A stretch of DNA of 64,000 nucleotides from NCBI GenBank assembly GCA_027622665.1, contig JAQBYT010000002.1, positions 288,001 to 352,000 of the forward strand, written 5' to 3'. Position 1 is the first letter of the stretch. Every line of letters begins with the position of its first letter. The position numbers and the translations under genes are program-made. The notes under the pieces were generated by a model. The model was not told the DNA's origin. It saw only the letters and a list, made by a program, of their open reading frames with translations, and did no database searches. This document shows positions 1 to 10,833 of this stretch, one piece after another. Origin of the DNA: Verrucomicrobiota bacterium. GTDB taxonomy: Bacteria > Verrucomicrobiota > Verrucomicrobiia > Opitutales > Seribacteraceae.

Positions 1-158
1 TGAAAAAGGAAGCCTGTTTTACAGTTGCGAAGCAATGTATTGAACTTTTCGATTAGCTTTGATGAAAGTTTTCTTTTTTTGATAAATTCAAAATGCCAAG
101 TCCATTTGCGGGAATTCATTTCTTTGATTTTGACAAATTACGCTCGTAAAAAGCTTTT

Positions 159-1883
159 ATGAATCGCTCGTTCAAGGCTATTTGGTTCGGTGTACTTTGG
201 GCTTTGGTTGTTCAATGCCAAGCCGCTGAGCACCCCAACGTCCTTTTTATCGCGATCGACGATCTCAATGACTGGGTCGGTTGCCTTGGTGGGCATCCCC
301 GGGCCAAGACGCCGAATCTCGATCGTTTGGCCGCCTCCGGGGTTTTGTTTAACAACGCCCACTGTTCGGCGCCAGCTTGCAATCCATCGCGCACCGCGGT
401 ATTTACCGGGATATCGCCGCATCGATCCGGACTCTACCGCAACGGGCAAAAGATGCGTGAAGCCCTGCCCGACGCCGAGTTGTTGCCTAAGACCTTTTCC
501 AAGGCGGGGTACTGGTCGGGTGGTTCGGGCAAGATGCTGCACTACTTCATCGACGCTCGATCCTGGGACGAGTACTTCCCTGCCAAGGAAACCGAAAACC
601 CGTTTCCGGATACTTTGGGCCCTCCTAAACGCCCCGTCAGCCTGCCGCGCGGCGGTCCATGGCAATACTATGAGACCGACTGGGGACCGCTCGATGCCAC
701 CGACGAGGAATACGGCGGCGATTACTCGGTCGCCAAATGGGTTGGTGAGCGCTTGTCCAAGAAACAGGAGAAACCATTCTTTCTGGCCTGCGGCATTTAT
801 CGTCCGCACGAGCCGTGGTTCGTGCCGAAAAAGTATTTCGACGCTTTTCCACTGGACAAGATCCAGTTGCCGCCAGGCTATCGAGCGGATGACCTCGAAG
901 ATCTCCCGAAGGCAGGCAAGGACTTGGCCCGCAATCGATACTTTGCCCATATTCAAGCTCACAAGCAGTGGAAGCAAGGCATCCAAGGCTACCTCGCCTC
1001 GATCTACTTTGCCGACGCCATGCTGGGACGCGTCATCGACGCGCTGGAGAAAGGTCCGCACGCGGACAACACCATCGTGGCCTTGTGGTCTGATCATGGT
1101 TGGCACCTCGGGGAAAAGGAACACTGGCAAAAGTTCACCGCATGGCGGGCATGTTCCCGTGTGCCGTTCATTCTTCGCGTGCCCAAAGACGTTCCGGGTC
1201 TGCCCGCTGGGACTCGTCCCGGCACTTGCTCCAAGCCGGTCAACCTGCTCAGCCTCGCCCCGACCTTGCTCGAGCTGTGCGGTCTGCCGCCACGTGAAGT
1301 CCATGATGGACCAAGCCTTGTTCCCCTCCTTGCTAAACCCAAGGCCGAGTGGCCTCATGTTTCCATTACCCACCTCCATCACCCGGGCAGCTTCGGCCTC
1401 AGCGCCGAGCGCTGGCGATACGTTCATTACGTGGATGGTGGCGAGGAACTCTATGATACCAAGAACGATCCATTCGAATGGAACAACTTGGCGACTGAGT
1501 ATAAGCACCACGCAACTTTGGATCGTTTGCGCTCCCTCGCGCCGAAAACCTTCGCCGAGCCCGTCGAACCCAAGCTCGATTCCTTGCCGGCCCTGCAGTG
1601 GAAACCACTCGCCAAGGGAGCTAAGGCGCCACCTTCTAAACCGGACGGCGGATCTTTCGACGTCGCGTTCGTGAACCGCAGGAAGGGCAAGGTACAACTC
1701 TTGTGGATGGATCAAGCCGGCGGCACCAAGCCCTATGCGGTGATTGCTCCCGGTGGACTCTACCGCCAACGCACTCGCCCCGGAGCAGTCTGGATGATCG
1801 CCGATGCGGAGGGTGGGGCAGGGCGTCCGTTGGGATACTTCGAGGTCGGCGACCGGTCGGCCCGGGCCGTTGTTCAAGAATAG
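159..1883 (+). CDS. Secreted sulfatase (iduronate/choline-sulfatase-like) with C-terminal VHL-beta-like domain
   Basis: Signal peptide; PNVLFIAIDDL, CNPSR (CxPxR), [10 protein letters not shown] motifs; C-terminal FVNRRKGKVQLLWMD..PYAVIAPG..RQRT..GAVW resembles a VHL beta domain. Confidence 0.9.
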   Translation: MNRSFKAIWFGVLWALVVQCQAAEHPNVLFIAIDDLNDWVGCLGGHPRAKTPNLDRLAASGVLFNNAHCSAPACNPSRTAVFTGISPHRSGLYRNGQKMREALPDAELLPKTFSKAGYWSGGSGKMLHYFIDARSWDEYFPAKETENPFPDTLGPPKRPVSLPRGGPWQYYETDWGPLDATDEEYGGDYSVAKWVGERLSKKQEKPFFLACGIYRPHEPWFVPKKYFDAFPLDKIQLPPGYRADDLEDLPKAGKDLARNRYFAHIQAHKQWKQGIQGYLASIYFADAMLGRVIDALEKGPHADNTIVALWSDHGWHLGEKEHWQKFTAWRACSRVPFILRVPKDVPGLPAGTRPGTCSKPVNLLSLAPTLLELCGLPPREVHDGPSLVPLLAKPKAEWPHVSITHLHHPGSFGLSAERWRYVHYVDGGEELYDTKNDPFEWNNLATEYKHHATLDRLRSLAPKTFAEPVEPKLDSLPALQWKPLAKGAKAPPSKPDGGSFDVAFVNRRKGKVQLLWMDQAGGTKPYAVIAPGGLYRQRTRPGAVWMIADAEGGAGRPLGYFEVGDRSARAVVQE

Positions 1884-2016
1884 CTGATGGCGACTTTCTT
1901 TCGCTGACTTTTTTAGAGATGCTCACCCTTTGTTCTACTTGGTGGGTGAGTATGCCGGCTTCGTCAAAAGTGCTTACTTGTGCTTCAAGCTTACAATGGG
2001 TCAATTTGAACTGACC

Positions 2017-2124
2017 GTGAAAAAATCCTTTCTGCTTCCCATCTTGACTTTACAGGCGTGTTTGTTCCATGCCCCTGTCGTTTTGGCCGAGGCACTCCCA
2101 AAGCAGCCCGAAGCACGAGCTTGA
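2017..2124 (+). pseudogene. Orphan signal-peptide fragment (5' remnant of a deleted secreted-protein gene)
   Basis: GTG-KKSFLLPILTLQACLFHAPVVLAEALPKQPEARA*: signal-peptide-like, ends shortly after the cleavage region. Confidence 0.35.
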
Positions 2125-2217
2125 GATCAAGCCCCCGGGCTTCATCAACGCGGACTAAACGTCACACAAGCTACCGGCACTTAGCGACGGTGGCCTCAGT
2201 GGCTTCCTAAAGTAGTC

Positions 2218-3186
2218 TTAGCGACGGTTTTCTCGTCCCTCATGAAGCCGACCGACAACCTCTCGCATTTCGTGCAGGGCGCGTCTCAATTCATCCACTT
2301 CACCGCGCAATTGATTCACTTCGTTGTTTCCGTGATCACGGTTGTTCTCCTGGTGGTCGCGGCGGTTGTGGTCGCCATGAGCGCGTCGCTCCACTTCCTC
2401 GGCAATGTCATGCATACCAGCTGCATGGAGATGTTCGATGGCTACCATTAAGTGCTTTAGCTTATCTTCCATGTGCCGATCGCCTTCGTGGTGTTCCCTG
2501 TCACGCTGCTCGCGCTCGTGTTCGTGATGGTAATGCTCTATTTTCTCCGCGAGTTCGTGTTCCAGACGTTGGGCTTCCTCCCGGCGGTTGTTCTCGCGCA
2601 AGTCATGGATGCGGCGTTTCTGTTCGTCTACCCATCCCTCGAACCTTTTGCCTTCTCCTTCATTGCGTTCGCGATGTTCCACTTGCACCCGATTGTGCCG
2701 TTCTCGCTCTTGGTTGCTGCGGTGGCTCAATTTTTCTTCCACGATGCGTCGCGTTTCCGCCTGCAGTTCCCTAGCTTCCTCGTGTTGGCCCGACTCAGCT
2801 AGTTCGTGAATTTTACGTTCCCTTTGTTTGGCCCAAAGCTGGAGTTCGTCTACTTCACCATGATCCCGTTCCCCTCGCTCGGCGTGCTGGTGCCCGCTAT
2901 GCTCGTTGGTTTCGGAGCGATGCCTCATTTTTTCTGCCATTACTTTACGTGTTTCACTAATCAGGTGGGCCGCTTCTTCGATACGCCCACGCTTTTTCAG
3001 TGACTCGATTTTGTGCTTTTGTTTTTCAAGCCATTCCCGTAGTTCGCCATCAACGTGCTCTCTCTTTTCACGATTTCCGTCTTCACGGTCGCCTTCTCTC
3101 TCGTCTTCTCTCTCGTCTTCCGCTAGAAGGAGAGTGGTGGTTATACCGGCAAGCAGAATACCGATGAATACGTATGCTTTTTTCAT
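2218..3186 (-). CDS. Secreted or membrane-anchored Glu/Arg/His-rich helical repeat protein
   Basis: Hydrophobic N-terminus; three ~40-aa repeats (W...KI..L...G..EEA..L..E....EK); HLMVAIEHLHAAGMHDIAEEV segment. Confidence 0.75.
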   Translation of the reverse strand: MKKAYVFIGILLAGITTTLLLAEDEREDEREGDREDGNREKREHVDGELREWLEKQKHKIESLKKRGRIEEAAHLISETRKVMAEKMRHRSETNEHSGHQHAERGERDHGEVDELQLWAKQRERKIHELAESGQHEEARELQAETRRIVEEKLSHRSNQERERHNRVQVEHRERNEGEGKRFEGWVDEQKRRIHDLRENNRREEAQRLEHELAEKIEHYHHEHEREQRDREHHEGDRHMEDKLKHLMVAIEHLHAAGMHDIAEEVERRAHGDHNRRDHQENNRDHGNNEVNQLRGEVDELRRALHEMREVVGRLHEGRENRR

Positions 3187-3399
3187 GATGATTAGGGTTT
3201 AATGGGAGTGACGGAATATAGAAGAACCACCTGTCGGTCGGGTGCTTACTTAAGGATATGTAGATAAATTCATGATCATCGCAAGACGAATGGGGATGAT
3301 CTGTTACAACTATAATATGAATACGGGATTGGCTTGGGATGAAAACTGATCTTGCTTGTTAATCTATCTCTTTTCCCCAAACATAAACTAATCTTATCC

Positions 3400-4560
3400 A
3401 TGTTTTATAACAAATTCCTGATTGTTTTTTGGTGTCTTTATGTACCGTCTGCTTTTCTTTTAGCTAAGTCGGCCAAAACGACAACCAGTCTACTGGTTGA
3501 GGGCGTTGTTGATTCATTCCTGGGAGAACCCAGGCTGGATCTTACGAAGGTTCACAAAGGCGGGCGCTTCCCCAATGTCGCGATTGCGATGGACGGTACG
3601 GTTCTTGCCGTGTGGAACGGAGTCGTCGTGAAGCGAAGTGAAGACGGAGGCGACACTTGGGGACCTGTGATCTCCGTCGGCAAAGGATTCATGGGCGGAG
3701 GTGTCACGGTGAACGAACGCAACGGCGAGATCTTTGCCTTCGTGGAGAAGCATCCCCCCCCCGCCGATTTGACCGTCTACAAGAGCAAGGACCACGGCAA
3801 GAGTTGGAAACCGTTGGAGGTGGAGATCAAACCAGACAGCAAAGGGAACGCCCCGTCCATGCACATGAACGACCACGGCATCACCTTGCGTCACGGCAAG
3901 CATGCGGGCCGCCTTATCCGGGCCTCTCGCTTTTATGCGGGCAAGAATCATAGCAGCAAGTGGCCCCAGCACTACACCAATGCCATTTACAGCGACGACG
4001 GTGGCAAAACTTGGAACACCAGCACGCCTTTTCCTGCCAATGGAACGGGCGAGGCGACCTTGGCTGAACTTTCTGATGGTCGCGTTTACTATAACACACG
4101 ACGGCATTGGGCGGAGGAGGGAGCCAATCCTCGACGTCGCTGGCACGCATGGAGCGAGGACGGTGGTGTCAATTGGAAGGACTTTTCCATTTGTGAAATC
4201 CTTCCTGACGGGCCACAGAGCACGAACTATGGTTGCATGGGTGGGCTTACGCGCCTCGCGGTCAAGGGAAGAGACATTATGATTTACTGCAATTGCGACA
4301 GTGCGGGTGGTCGTGACTATGGAACGGCTTGGGCCAGTTTCGATGGTGGCAAGACCTGGCCCGTTAAGCGTCTGGTGGAAGCAGGACGTTTCGCTTACTC
4401 ATCCATCACCTCGGGCCGTCCCGGGACGAAGTCCGAAGGACAAATCTATCTCCACTTCGAAAGTTCGGGAGGCTCGACTGTGGCCCGTTTCAACCTTAGC
4501 TGGTTACTCAAGGGCAAAGATACCGGGGACGGCAAACTTCCGGACTGGGTGTCCAAGTAA
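3400..4560 (+). CDS. Sialidase-family (GH33-like, BNR/Asp-box) protein
   Basis: RFP motif and five Asp-boxes (SEDGGDTW, SKDHGKSW, SDDGGKTW, SEDGGVNW, SFDGGKTW); FAYS near C-terminus; ATG at 3400 preferred over 3352. Confidence 0.85.
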   Translation: MFYNKFLIVFWCLYVPSAFLLAKSAKTTTSLLVEGVVDSFLGEPRLDLTKVHKGGRFPNVAIAMDGTVLAVWNGVVVKRSEDGGDTWGPVISVGKGFMGGGVTVNERNGEIFAFVEKHPPPADLTVYKSKDHGKSWKPLEVEIKPDSKGNAPSMHMNDHGITLRHGKHAGRLIRASRFYAGKNHSSKWPQHYTNAIYSDDGGKTWNTSTPFPANGTGEATLAELSDGRVYYNTRRHWAEEGANPRRRWHAWSEDGGVNWKDFSICEILPDGPQSTNYGCMGGLTRLAVKGRDIMIYCNCDSAGGRDYGTAWASFDGGKTWPVKRLVEAGRFAYSSITSGRPGTKSEGQIYLHFESSGGSTVARFNLSWLLKGKDTGDGKLPDWVSK

Positions 4561-4584
4561 TTCTTCCTCCGGTAGGGTGATGAA

Positions 4585-5724
4585 ATGAAGCGTTCTTCTC
4601 ATATGCGCCGGCTGTGGATTCTTTTCTTATGGATATTGTCCATTTCCGATTCCTTGGGAGCAGGCAAGGGTCGCTGGCTTGAGCGGACCGGTTACGGGCT
4701 CATGTTCCATTACGAGGCTTTCCGGAATCACACTCCTCAGTCCTACAACAAGGCGGTCGATTCCTTCAATGTCGTAAGGTTCGCCGACTCGGTTAAAAGT
4801 AGCGGTGCCGGCCACGTTATCTTTGTCGTTGGGCAACACTGGGGAAAATACTGCGCTCCAAACAGTGCATATGAAAAACTGCTGGGGGTTCCAAATGGTG
4901 TGTGGACCTCTAGACGGGATCTTATCATGGAGATCGGCAAGGAGCTTGTGAAGCGTGACGTCCGACTGATCCTCTACATGACCGCTCGCGCACCGATGCG
5001 CCATTACAAGGTGATCAAGTCCATGGGCGATACTTTGCCTAGCATAAACGGCAAGTCCGTCGGGCCGGAAGTGGATCCGATGTCGCATCCTCGTAAGGTA
5101 AAGGGCTTTAGCCGCAGTGAGAATCAAGCTCCCAATTCAACTTTCCTAAAGAACTGGGGCGATGTCTGTGGAGAATGGTCGAAACGCTATGGCAAGCTCG
5201 TTTCCGGTTGGTGGTTCGACGGTTACAAGATGGAAATGAAGGACGCCTACGAGTCCTTGAAGAAAGAATCCTACAATATTGACACTTGGGTAACTGCCGT
5301 TCTTTCAGGCAATCCGGAAGCCGAACTGGCATTTAATGCCGGAGCTCACCCGATCCTTTCTCTCTGTACAAAGGGAAAGTTGTGCCCCCACCAGACCTTT
5401 ACCTCGGGTGAAAATCATGATTTTCATCAGAAGACGAAGAAAGGTAAGGGCAAGGCCCTGACCCCGAAAAACTTTCCCGCTCCGAAAGGGGTTGTCTGGC
5501 ATCTTTTGTTGCCTTTGGCTAAAGGCTGGGGCGCCGGAACCGAGTCAAGATTCCCCATAAGCACCTTAAGGGATCGTGTTGATCTGATTAACTCGGAAGG
5601 CGGAACCGTTACCTTGGATTTGCCAATTGCTTCCAATGGAGCGATTCCCGCCGCTATCCTCCGCACCCTTGGGGAACTGGGGAAGGAAAGCCATAAGCTC
5701 AAGGATGGTGTCAGATCGTATTGA
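4585..5724 (+). CDS. Alpha-L-fucosidase-like (GH29-related) glycoside hydrolase
   Basis: YGLMFHY and GWWFDG motifs, signal peptide. Confidence 0.6.
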   Translation: MKRSSHMRRLWILFLWILSISDSLGAGKGRWLERTGYGLMFHYEAFRNHTPQSYNKAVDSFNVVRFADSVKSSGAGHVIFVVGQHWGKYCAPNSAYEKLLGVPNGVWTSRRDLIMEIGKELVKRDVRLILYMTARAPMRHYKVIKSMGDTLPSINGKSVGPEVDPMSHPRKVKGFSRSENQAPNSTFLKNWGDVCGEWSKRYGKLVSGWWFDGYKMEMKDAYESLKKESYNIDTWVTAVLSGNPEAELAFNAGAHPILSLCTKGKLCPHQTFTSGENHDFHQKTKKGKGKALTPKNFPAPKGVVWHLLLPLAKGWGAGTESRFPISTLRDRVDLINSEGGTVTLDLPIASNGAIPAAILRTLGELGKESHKLKDGVRSY

Positions 5725-5773
5725 CGTCTTTTAGTTAGACCTTTGAAATTGATAATAATTTAATACTTGATAA

Positions 5774-6484
5774 ATGAAGATTCTGATTACCGGAGCGAGT
5801 AAAGGCATCGGTCTTGCCACTTCGAAAATGCTTGCCGAACAAGGTCACTTTGTAGTCGGTCTTGCTCGTACTCAACCTGACGATTTCCCCGGATCGTTTC
5901 ATTCCGTCGACTTATCGGATGAATCTGTTCGAAAAGAGCTTTTTGATGAGCTTGCCGCTGAACATAAGTTCGATGGTCTGTTGAATAACGTAGGGCTTGT
6001 GAATCCCGCTCCTCTGGAGGAAATCACTCTCGATGATTTCGATGGCTGCGTGGACGTCAACCTGCGCTGCTCCCTACAAGCCGCTCAAGCCGTCGTCCCT
6101 CACATGAAGGAACGTGGCAGCGGGCGTATCCTCTTCACCTCCAGCATGGTCGTGGCCGGCGTGCCTTTTCGTAGTAGCTACGCCGCCGCCAAGGCTGGCA
6201 TGGTGAGCTTTACCCGAAGCTGGGCCCTCGAGCTGGCCCCTTTCGGCATAACGGTCAATGCGGTCGCACCGGGTCCCGTCGAGACCGAGCTTTTCAATAC
6301 CAACAATCCTCCGGGCAGCGAGAGCCGGGCCCGCTACATTGAAGGCGTGCCCATGAAACGGGTCGGTTCGGCGGAAGAACTGGCGGCCGCCAACTGCTAC
6401 TTCCTTGTCGGACAGTCCGGGTTCACCACTGGGCAGACCCTGTTCGTCGACGGTGGGTACATGACGGGGAAGTCCTCGCTTTAA
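5774..6484 (+). CDS. Short-chain dehydrogenase/reductase
   Basis: TGASKGIG, NNVG, YAAAK, VNAVAPG motifs. Confidence 0.92.
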   Translation: MKILITGASKGIGLATSKMLAEQGHFVVGLARTQPDDFPGSFHSVDLSDESVRKELFDELAAEHKFDGLLNNVGLVNPAPLEEITLDDFDGCVDVNLRCSLQAAQAVVPHMKERGSGRILFTSSMVVAGVPFRSSYAAAKAGMVSFTRSWALELAPFGITVNAVAPGPVETELFNTNNPPGSESRARYIEGVPMKRVGSAEELAAANCYFLVGQSGFTTGQTLFVDGGYMTGKSSL

Positions 6485-6500
6485 CCTCAACTTCATCCTC

Positions 6501-8057
6501 ATGAGAAACTGTATCCTCTTCCTCCTTTTCCTTAGTTGCTTGGCTCCTGCCTATGCCAAGAAGCCCAACGTTGTGTTCATCTTGGCCGATGACCTCGGGT
6601 GGCGTGACCTAAGCAACGAGGGCTCCACCTATTACGAGAGTCCGCATATCGACCGGATAGCCAAGGATGGCATGAAGTTCACCCGTGGCTATGCCACCTG
6701 CCAGGTCTGCAGCCCATCACGGGCCAGCATACTGACCGGGAAGTATCCCACCAATCACGGTATCACCACCTGGATCGGCGACCGGGCAGGAGAGGCTTGG
6801 CGGGGTACCCAGCGAAACGACAGCCACCTCCCGCCGGAGTACGACCGCAACTTGCGGGCCTCCGAGATCACCTTGGCCGAGGTCATGAAGAAGGCCGGTT
6901 ACAAGACCTTCTTTGCGGGCAAGTGGCACCTCGGGAGCAAGGGCTCCTGGCCCACTGACCACGGCTTCGAGATCAATAAGGGCGGCTGGGACGTCGGCAG
7001 TCCACGCGGCGGTTTCTTTTCCCCGTGGCAAAACCCAAACCTCGAGTCCGGACCCGCAGGCGAGTCGCTCACACTTCGTCTCGGTCGCGAAACCGCCGAC
7101 TTTATCGAGGCTCACAAGGACAAGCCCTTTCTCGCCTACCTTTCCTTTTACACCGTGCACGGTCCTATCCAGACGACTCCCGAGCTGTGGAATAAATATC
7201 GTGATAAGGCGACCGCCGCGGGCTTGGCCAAGGAGCGCTTCCTGTTCGATCGCCGCCTCAGCGTGCGCCAAGTGCAGGACTGCCCGATCTACGCCGGCAT
7301 GATCGAGAGCATGGACGATGCCGTCGGTATGGTGTTGAAGAAGCTCGACCAACTCGGCCTCGCGGACAACACTATCGTGTGCTTCACCTCTGACAACGGG
7401 GGCGTCTCCTCCGGTGATGCCTACTCCACCAGCAACTTGCCTTTGCGCGGCGGCAAGGGGCGCCAATGGGAGGGCGGCATACGCGAACCGTTCTACCTCA
7501 AGGCTCCCGGGGTGACCAAGCCGGGCTCGACCAGCGCGGTGCCGGTCAACGGGATTGACTGGTACCCCACCTTGCTTGAACTGGCCGGCATAAAGGTGCC
7601 CAAGCAGCAACAGGTGGACGGCGTCAGCCTGGTGCCTCTTTTGAAAGGAAAATCGATTCCCGGGCGACCGCTTTACTGGCACTACCCGCACTACGGCAAC
7701 CAGGGTGGTGAACCCTCCTCGATCATCACCGAGGATAACTGGAAACTAATCCACTATCACGAGGATGGCCGCGACGAGTTGTATCACCTAGGGAAGGACG
7801 AGGTGGAGCAAAAGGACCTCGCCGCCGCCGAACTCAAGCGAACAAAGGTCATGCGGGCCAAGCTCGATGCCTGGCTCAAGGCGACCAAGGCGAAGATGCC
7901 GGTCAAGGACAAGAAGGCCGACTTGGCCAAGCGTAAGGCGCGCTTCGAGTCCCTCGCCAAACAGGGTAAGGAAAGGCTCGAGCGCCAGCACGCCAACTTC
8001 CTTAACCCCGACTACCAGCCCAACAAGGACTGGTGGGGTAGCGCCCCCAAGGATTGA
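6501..8057 (+). CDS. Secreted arylsulfatase-family sulfatase
   Basis: PNVVFILADDLG, CSPSR, GKWHLG, SDNGG, EGGIR. Confidence 0.93.
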   Translation: MRNCILFLLFLSCLAPAYAKKPNVVFILADDLGWRDLSNEGSTYYESPHIDRIAKDGMKFTRGYATCQVCSPSRASILTGKYPTNHGITTWIGDRAGEAWRGTQRNDSHLPPEYDRNLRASEITLAEVMKKAGYKTFFAGKWHLGSKGSWPTDHGFEINKGGWDVGSPRGGFFSPWQNPNLESGPAGESLTLRLGRETADFIEAHKDKPFLAYLSFYTVHGPIQTTPELWNKYRDKATAAGLAKERFLFDRRLSVRQVQDCPIYAGMIESMDDAVGMVLKKLDQLGLADNTIVCFTSDNGGVSSGDAYSTSNLPLRGGKGRQWEGGIREPFYLKAPGVTKPGSTSAVPVNGIDWYPTLLELAGIKVPKQQQVDGVSLVPLLKGKSIPGRPLYWHYPHYGNQGGEPSSIITEDNWKLIHYHEDGRDELYHLGKDEVEQKDLAAAELKRTKVMRAKLDAWLKATKAKMPVKDKKADLAKRKARFESLAKQGKERLERQHANFLNPDYQPNKDWWGSAPKD

Positions 8058-8060
8058 TCC

Positions 8061-9458
8061 ATGAAGTTTTCTATCGTTATTCTTAGTTTCGCCTTTCTTC
8101 TTTCCTCTCTTCAAGGGAAGCAGCAACATCCCAATGTATTGCTCCTTTGCATCGATGACCTGCGACCTGAGCTTAAGTGCTTCGGGGCCGACTACGTCCA
8201 GTCGCCGCACATTGACAAACTGGCCTCATTGGGCCGCCCTTTTTATCGGCATTACGTGCAAGCGCCCACCTGCGGGGCATCCCGCTACACTTTGCTAACT
8301 GGTACCTATGGGTCGAGCAGTAACGGGGCGTTTTTTTCGCGATCCAACAACCTCAAGCATCCCAGCTTCCCCGGTTTTTTCAGGAAGCATGGCTATACCA
8401 CGGTATCCGTTGGCAAGGTCTCCCACCACCCCGGGGGCAGGGGAGGCAAGGACTGGGACGAGGACGCCAAGCCCGAAATGCCCGAGTCATGGGATCGTCA
8501 CCTCTTGCCTGCCGGTCCCTGGAGGCACCCGCGTGGCGCCATGCACGGACTGGCCAATGGCGAAATTCGAGGCAACGCCAAGGAAATGGACGTCTATCAG
8601 GCCTTCGACGGTCCTGACACCGCCTATCCCGACGGCCTCATAACCGACGAGGCAATCCGTCAACTCGACGACCTCGGCAAGCAAGCTGCCAAGAAACCGT
8701 TCTTTCTCGCCGTCGGCATCATTCGTCCGCACCTCCCTTTCGGGGCCCCGCTCCGGTACGTCAAACCGTACCTGAAGGCGGAACTACCGCCCACGCCCCA
8801 TCCCCTCAAGCCTTCCGGCAAGACCACTTGGCATGGCTCGGGGGAGTTCATGAAATACAACCGCTGGAAGCGCAACCCGAACACGGATGCCGCCTTTGCT
8901 CTCGAGGTACGCCGCCACTATGCCGGTTGCGTGACCTATGCCGATGCCCTCGTTGGTCGTATCCTTGCCAAGTTGGACCAGCTGAAGCTGCGCGACGACA
9001 CCATAGTCATCCTCTGGGGCGACCATGGTTGGCACCTCGGTGAACACGCTATCTGGGGAAAGCACGCCCTCTTCGAGGAGTCTCTCCGCTCCCCGCTGAT
9101 AATATCCTACAAGGGCATCCCGATGCCGGGCGAAGCCACGCGTTCCGTGGTCGAGACCTTGGACCTGTTTCCCACCGTCTGCGACTTGGCCGGGCTGGAC
9201 AAGCCCAACTTTCTGCAAGGCCAGTCCTTGGTTCCGATTTTGATGAGTCCGAATGCCAAGGGTCACCCCGCCTTCTCCTACAAGGGAGGCGCCCAGACCA
9301 TTCGCACCGACACCCATCGTCTCATCTCCCACAGGGGAGGAGAGCTCGAACTCTACGACCACAGCACCCCCGCAGGCGAGACGAAGAATCTAGCCACCGC
9401 TCAACCCGAGAAGGCGGCTGCCCTACTCAAGCAACTACAAGTCAGATTGGCGAAGTAG
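8061..9458 (+). CDS. Secreted sulfatase (iduronate-2-sulfatase-like, CxAxR variant)
   Basis: [27 protein letters not shown]. Confidence 0.92.
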   Translation: MKFSIVILSFAFLLSSLQGKQQHPNVLLLCIDDLRPELKCFGADYVQSPHIDKLASLGRPFYRHYVQAPTCGASRYTLLTGTYGSSSNGAFFSRSNNLKHPSFPGFFRKHGYTTVSVGKVSHHPGGRGGKDWDEDAKPEMPESWDRHLLPAGPWRHPRGAMHGLANGEIRGNAKEMDVYQAFDGPDTAYPDGLITDEAIRQLDDLGKQAAKKPFFLAVGIIRPHLPFGAPLRYVKPYLKAELPPTPHPLKPSGKTTWHGSGEFMKYNRWKRNPNTDAAFALEVRRHYAGCVTYADALVGRILAKLDQLKLRDDTIVILWGDHGWHLGEHAIWGKHALFEESLRSPLIISYKGIPMPGEATRSVVETLDLFPTVCDLAGLDKPNFLQGQSLVPILMSPNAKGHPAFSYKGGAQTIRTDTHRLISHRGGELELYDHSTPAGETKNLATAQPEKAAALLKQLQVRLAK

Positions 9459-9495
9459 GCTTGGTGCCCAACGACAAAAGCTTAAAACTAAAAGC

Positions 9496-10740
9496 ATGAT
9501 CAACTTCCCAACCTCTTTTCTCCCCTTTTTCATCTTGGGACTTTGGACTTGTTCCGCTGTTTACGCCAAGCCGCTTAAGGTTTACGTCTTATGCGGCCAA
9601 TCCAATATGGAGGGTCATGCCAAGATAAGCACCTTCGAGGCGATGAGGATTGATCCGCTGACCAAGCCCATGCTGAAGGAAATGGTTGATGGACAGGGGG
9701 ATCCCGTAGTTTGCGATCAGGTCTGGATATCCTATTATACTGGTGGGCGTGACAACAAGGGGGAAGGTTTTGGCAAACTGACTGCTGGTTTCGGTTCCCG
9801 AAGAGACCCAGCCCAAGCCAGTGACAATATCGGGCCTGAGTTCACCTTTGGAATCTATATGCAAAAGGGACTGCAGGAACCGGTTCTTATCATCAAGACG
9901 GCATGGGGAGGGAAATCCATGCATACCGACTTTCGCCCGCCTTCCGCGGGTCCTTATCCGTTCAGCGAACAGGAGCTGGAAAACTTGAAAAAGCGGGGAA
10001 AGAACCTGAAGGAAGCAAAGGCTGAAAAAACAGAACAAACGGGGCGCTTCTACCGCCTGATGATCGAACACGTCCGTAAGGTGTTGGGTGACGTGAAGCG
10101 AGTCTACCCGGGCTATGATCCCAGCAAGGGCTACGAGATCGCCGGCTTCGCCTGGTTTCAAGGTTGGAACGATATGGTGGCCAGCGGTACTTACCCGAAC
10201 CGTGGTCAACCCGGTGGTTACGATGCCTACAGTGAATGCTTGGCTCATTTCATTCGCGACGTGAGAAAGGACCTCAAGGCTCCGGAAATGAAGTTCGTCA
10301 TTGGCGTCATGGGCGTGGGGGGGCCTTTGGATAAGTATGACAGTCCCCGTTACGTTCCCATTCACGGATCCTTTCGTGAAGCCATGGTCGCACCGGCATC
10401 GCTGCCTGAATTCAAGGGCAATGTTATGGCTGTTCCGACGGCCCCTTTCTGGGATTCACGACTTCAGGAAATCGAGGACAATCAGGGCAAGGTCAAGCAG
10501 ATGGCGGGTTTTCTCAAAAGCAAGCACAAGGACCATTCGAACAAAGATGGGGCGATGGACTCCAAAGCCCAAAAGGCCTATCTTGAGAAGTATCGCAAGG
10601 AGTTGATTTCGGCGGAAGATGAGACCTATGACAAGATTGCCCGATCGAATGCGGCCTATCATTATTTTGGAAGCGCCAAGACCATCGCCCGGATCGGCAA
10701 GGCCTTTGCTGAGGCCATAATTCAAATGAGGAAGAAGTGA
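9496..10740 (+). CDS. Sialate O-acetylesterase/SASA (DUF303) SGNH esterase
   Basis: GQSNM, GPEFTFG, KTAWGG, WFQG, YHY motifs. Confidence 0.82.
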   Translation: MINFPTSFLPFFILGLWTCSAVYAKPLKVYVLCGQSNMEGHAKISTFEAMRIDPLTKPMLKEMVDGQGDPVVCDQVWISYYTGGRDNKGEGFGKLTAGFGSRRDPAQASDNIGPEFTFGIYMQKGLQEPVLIIKTAWGGKSMHTDFRPPSAGPYPFSEQELENLKKRGKNLKEAKAEKTEQTGRFYRLMIEHVRKVLGDVKRVYPGYDPSKGYEIAGFAWFQGWNDMVASGTYPNRGQPGGYDAYSECLAHFIRDVRKDLKAPEMKFVIGVMGVGGPLDKYDSPRYVPIHGSFREAMVAPASLPEFKGNVMAVPTAPFWDSRLQEIEDNQGKVKQMAGFLKSKHKDHSNKDGAMDSKAQKAYLEKYRKELISAEDETYDKIARSNAAYHYFGSAKTIARIGKAFAEAIIQMRKK

Positions 10741-10833
10741 GACGAGATGAGACCGTAAGCCGGCAAGCACGCCGTCATGCGTTTTGAATGCCGGACTGGT
10801 GAAAGAAGAGAAACCGACTACCTAAGCTGCCTC

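Noticed and set aside
138..1877. 579-aa minus-strand ORF and similar long antisense or alternative-frame ORFs (e.g. 190-1674, 6717-7691, 36074-37000, 42512-43360)
   Set aside because: Shadow frames of well-supported genes in GC-rich DNA, with no motifs
3754..3762. C9 tract in the sialidase gene
   Set aside because: In frame and encodes PPP; no evidence of phase variation
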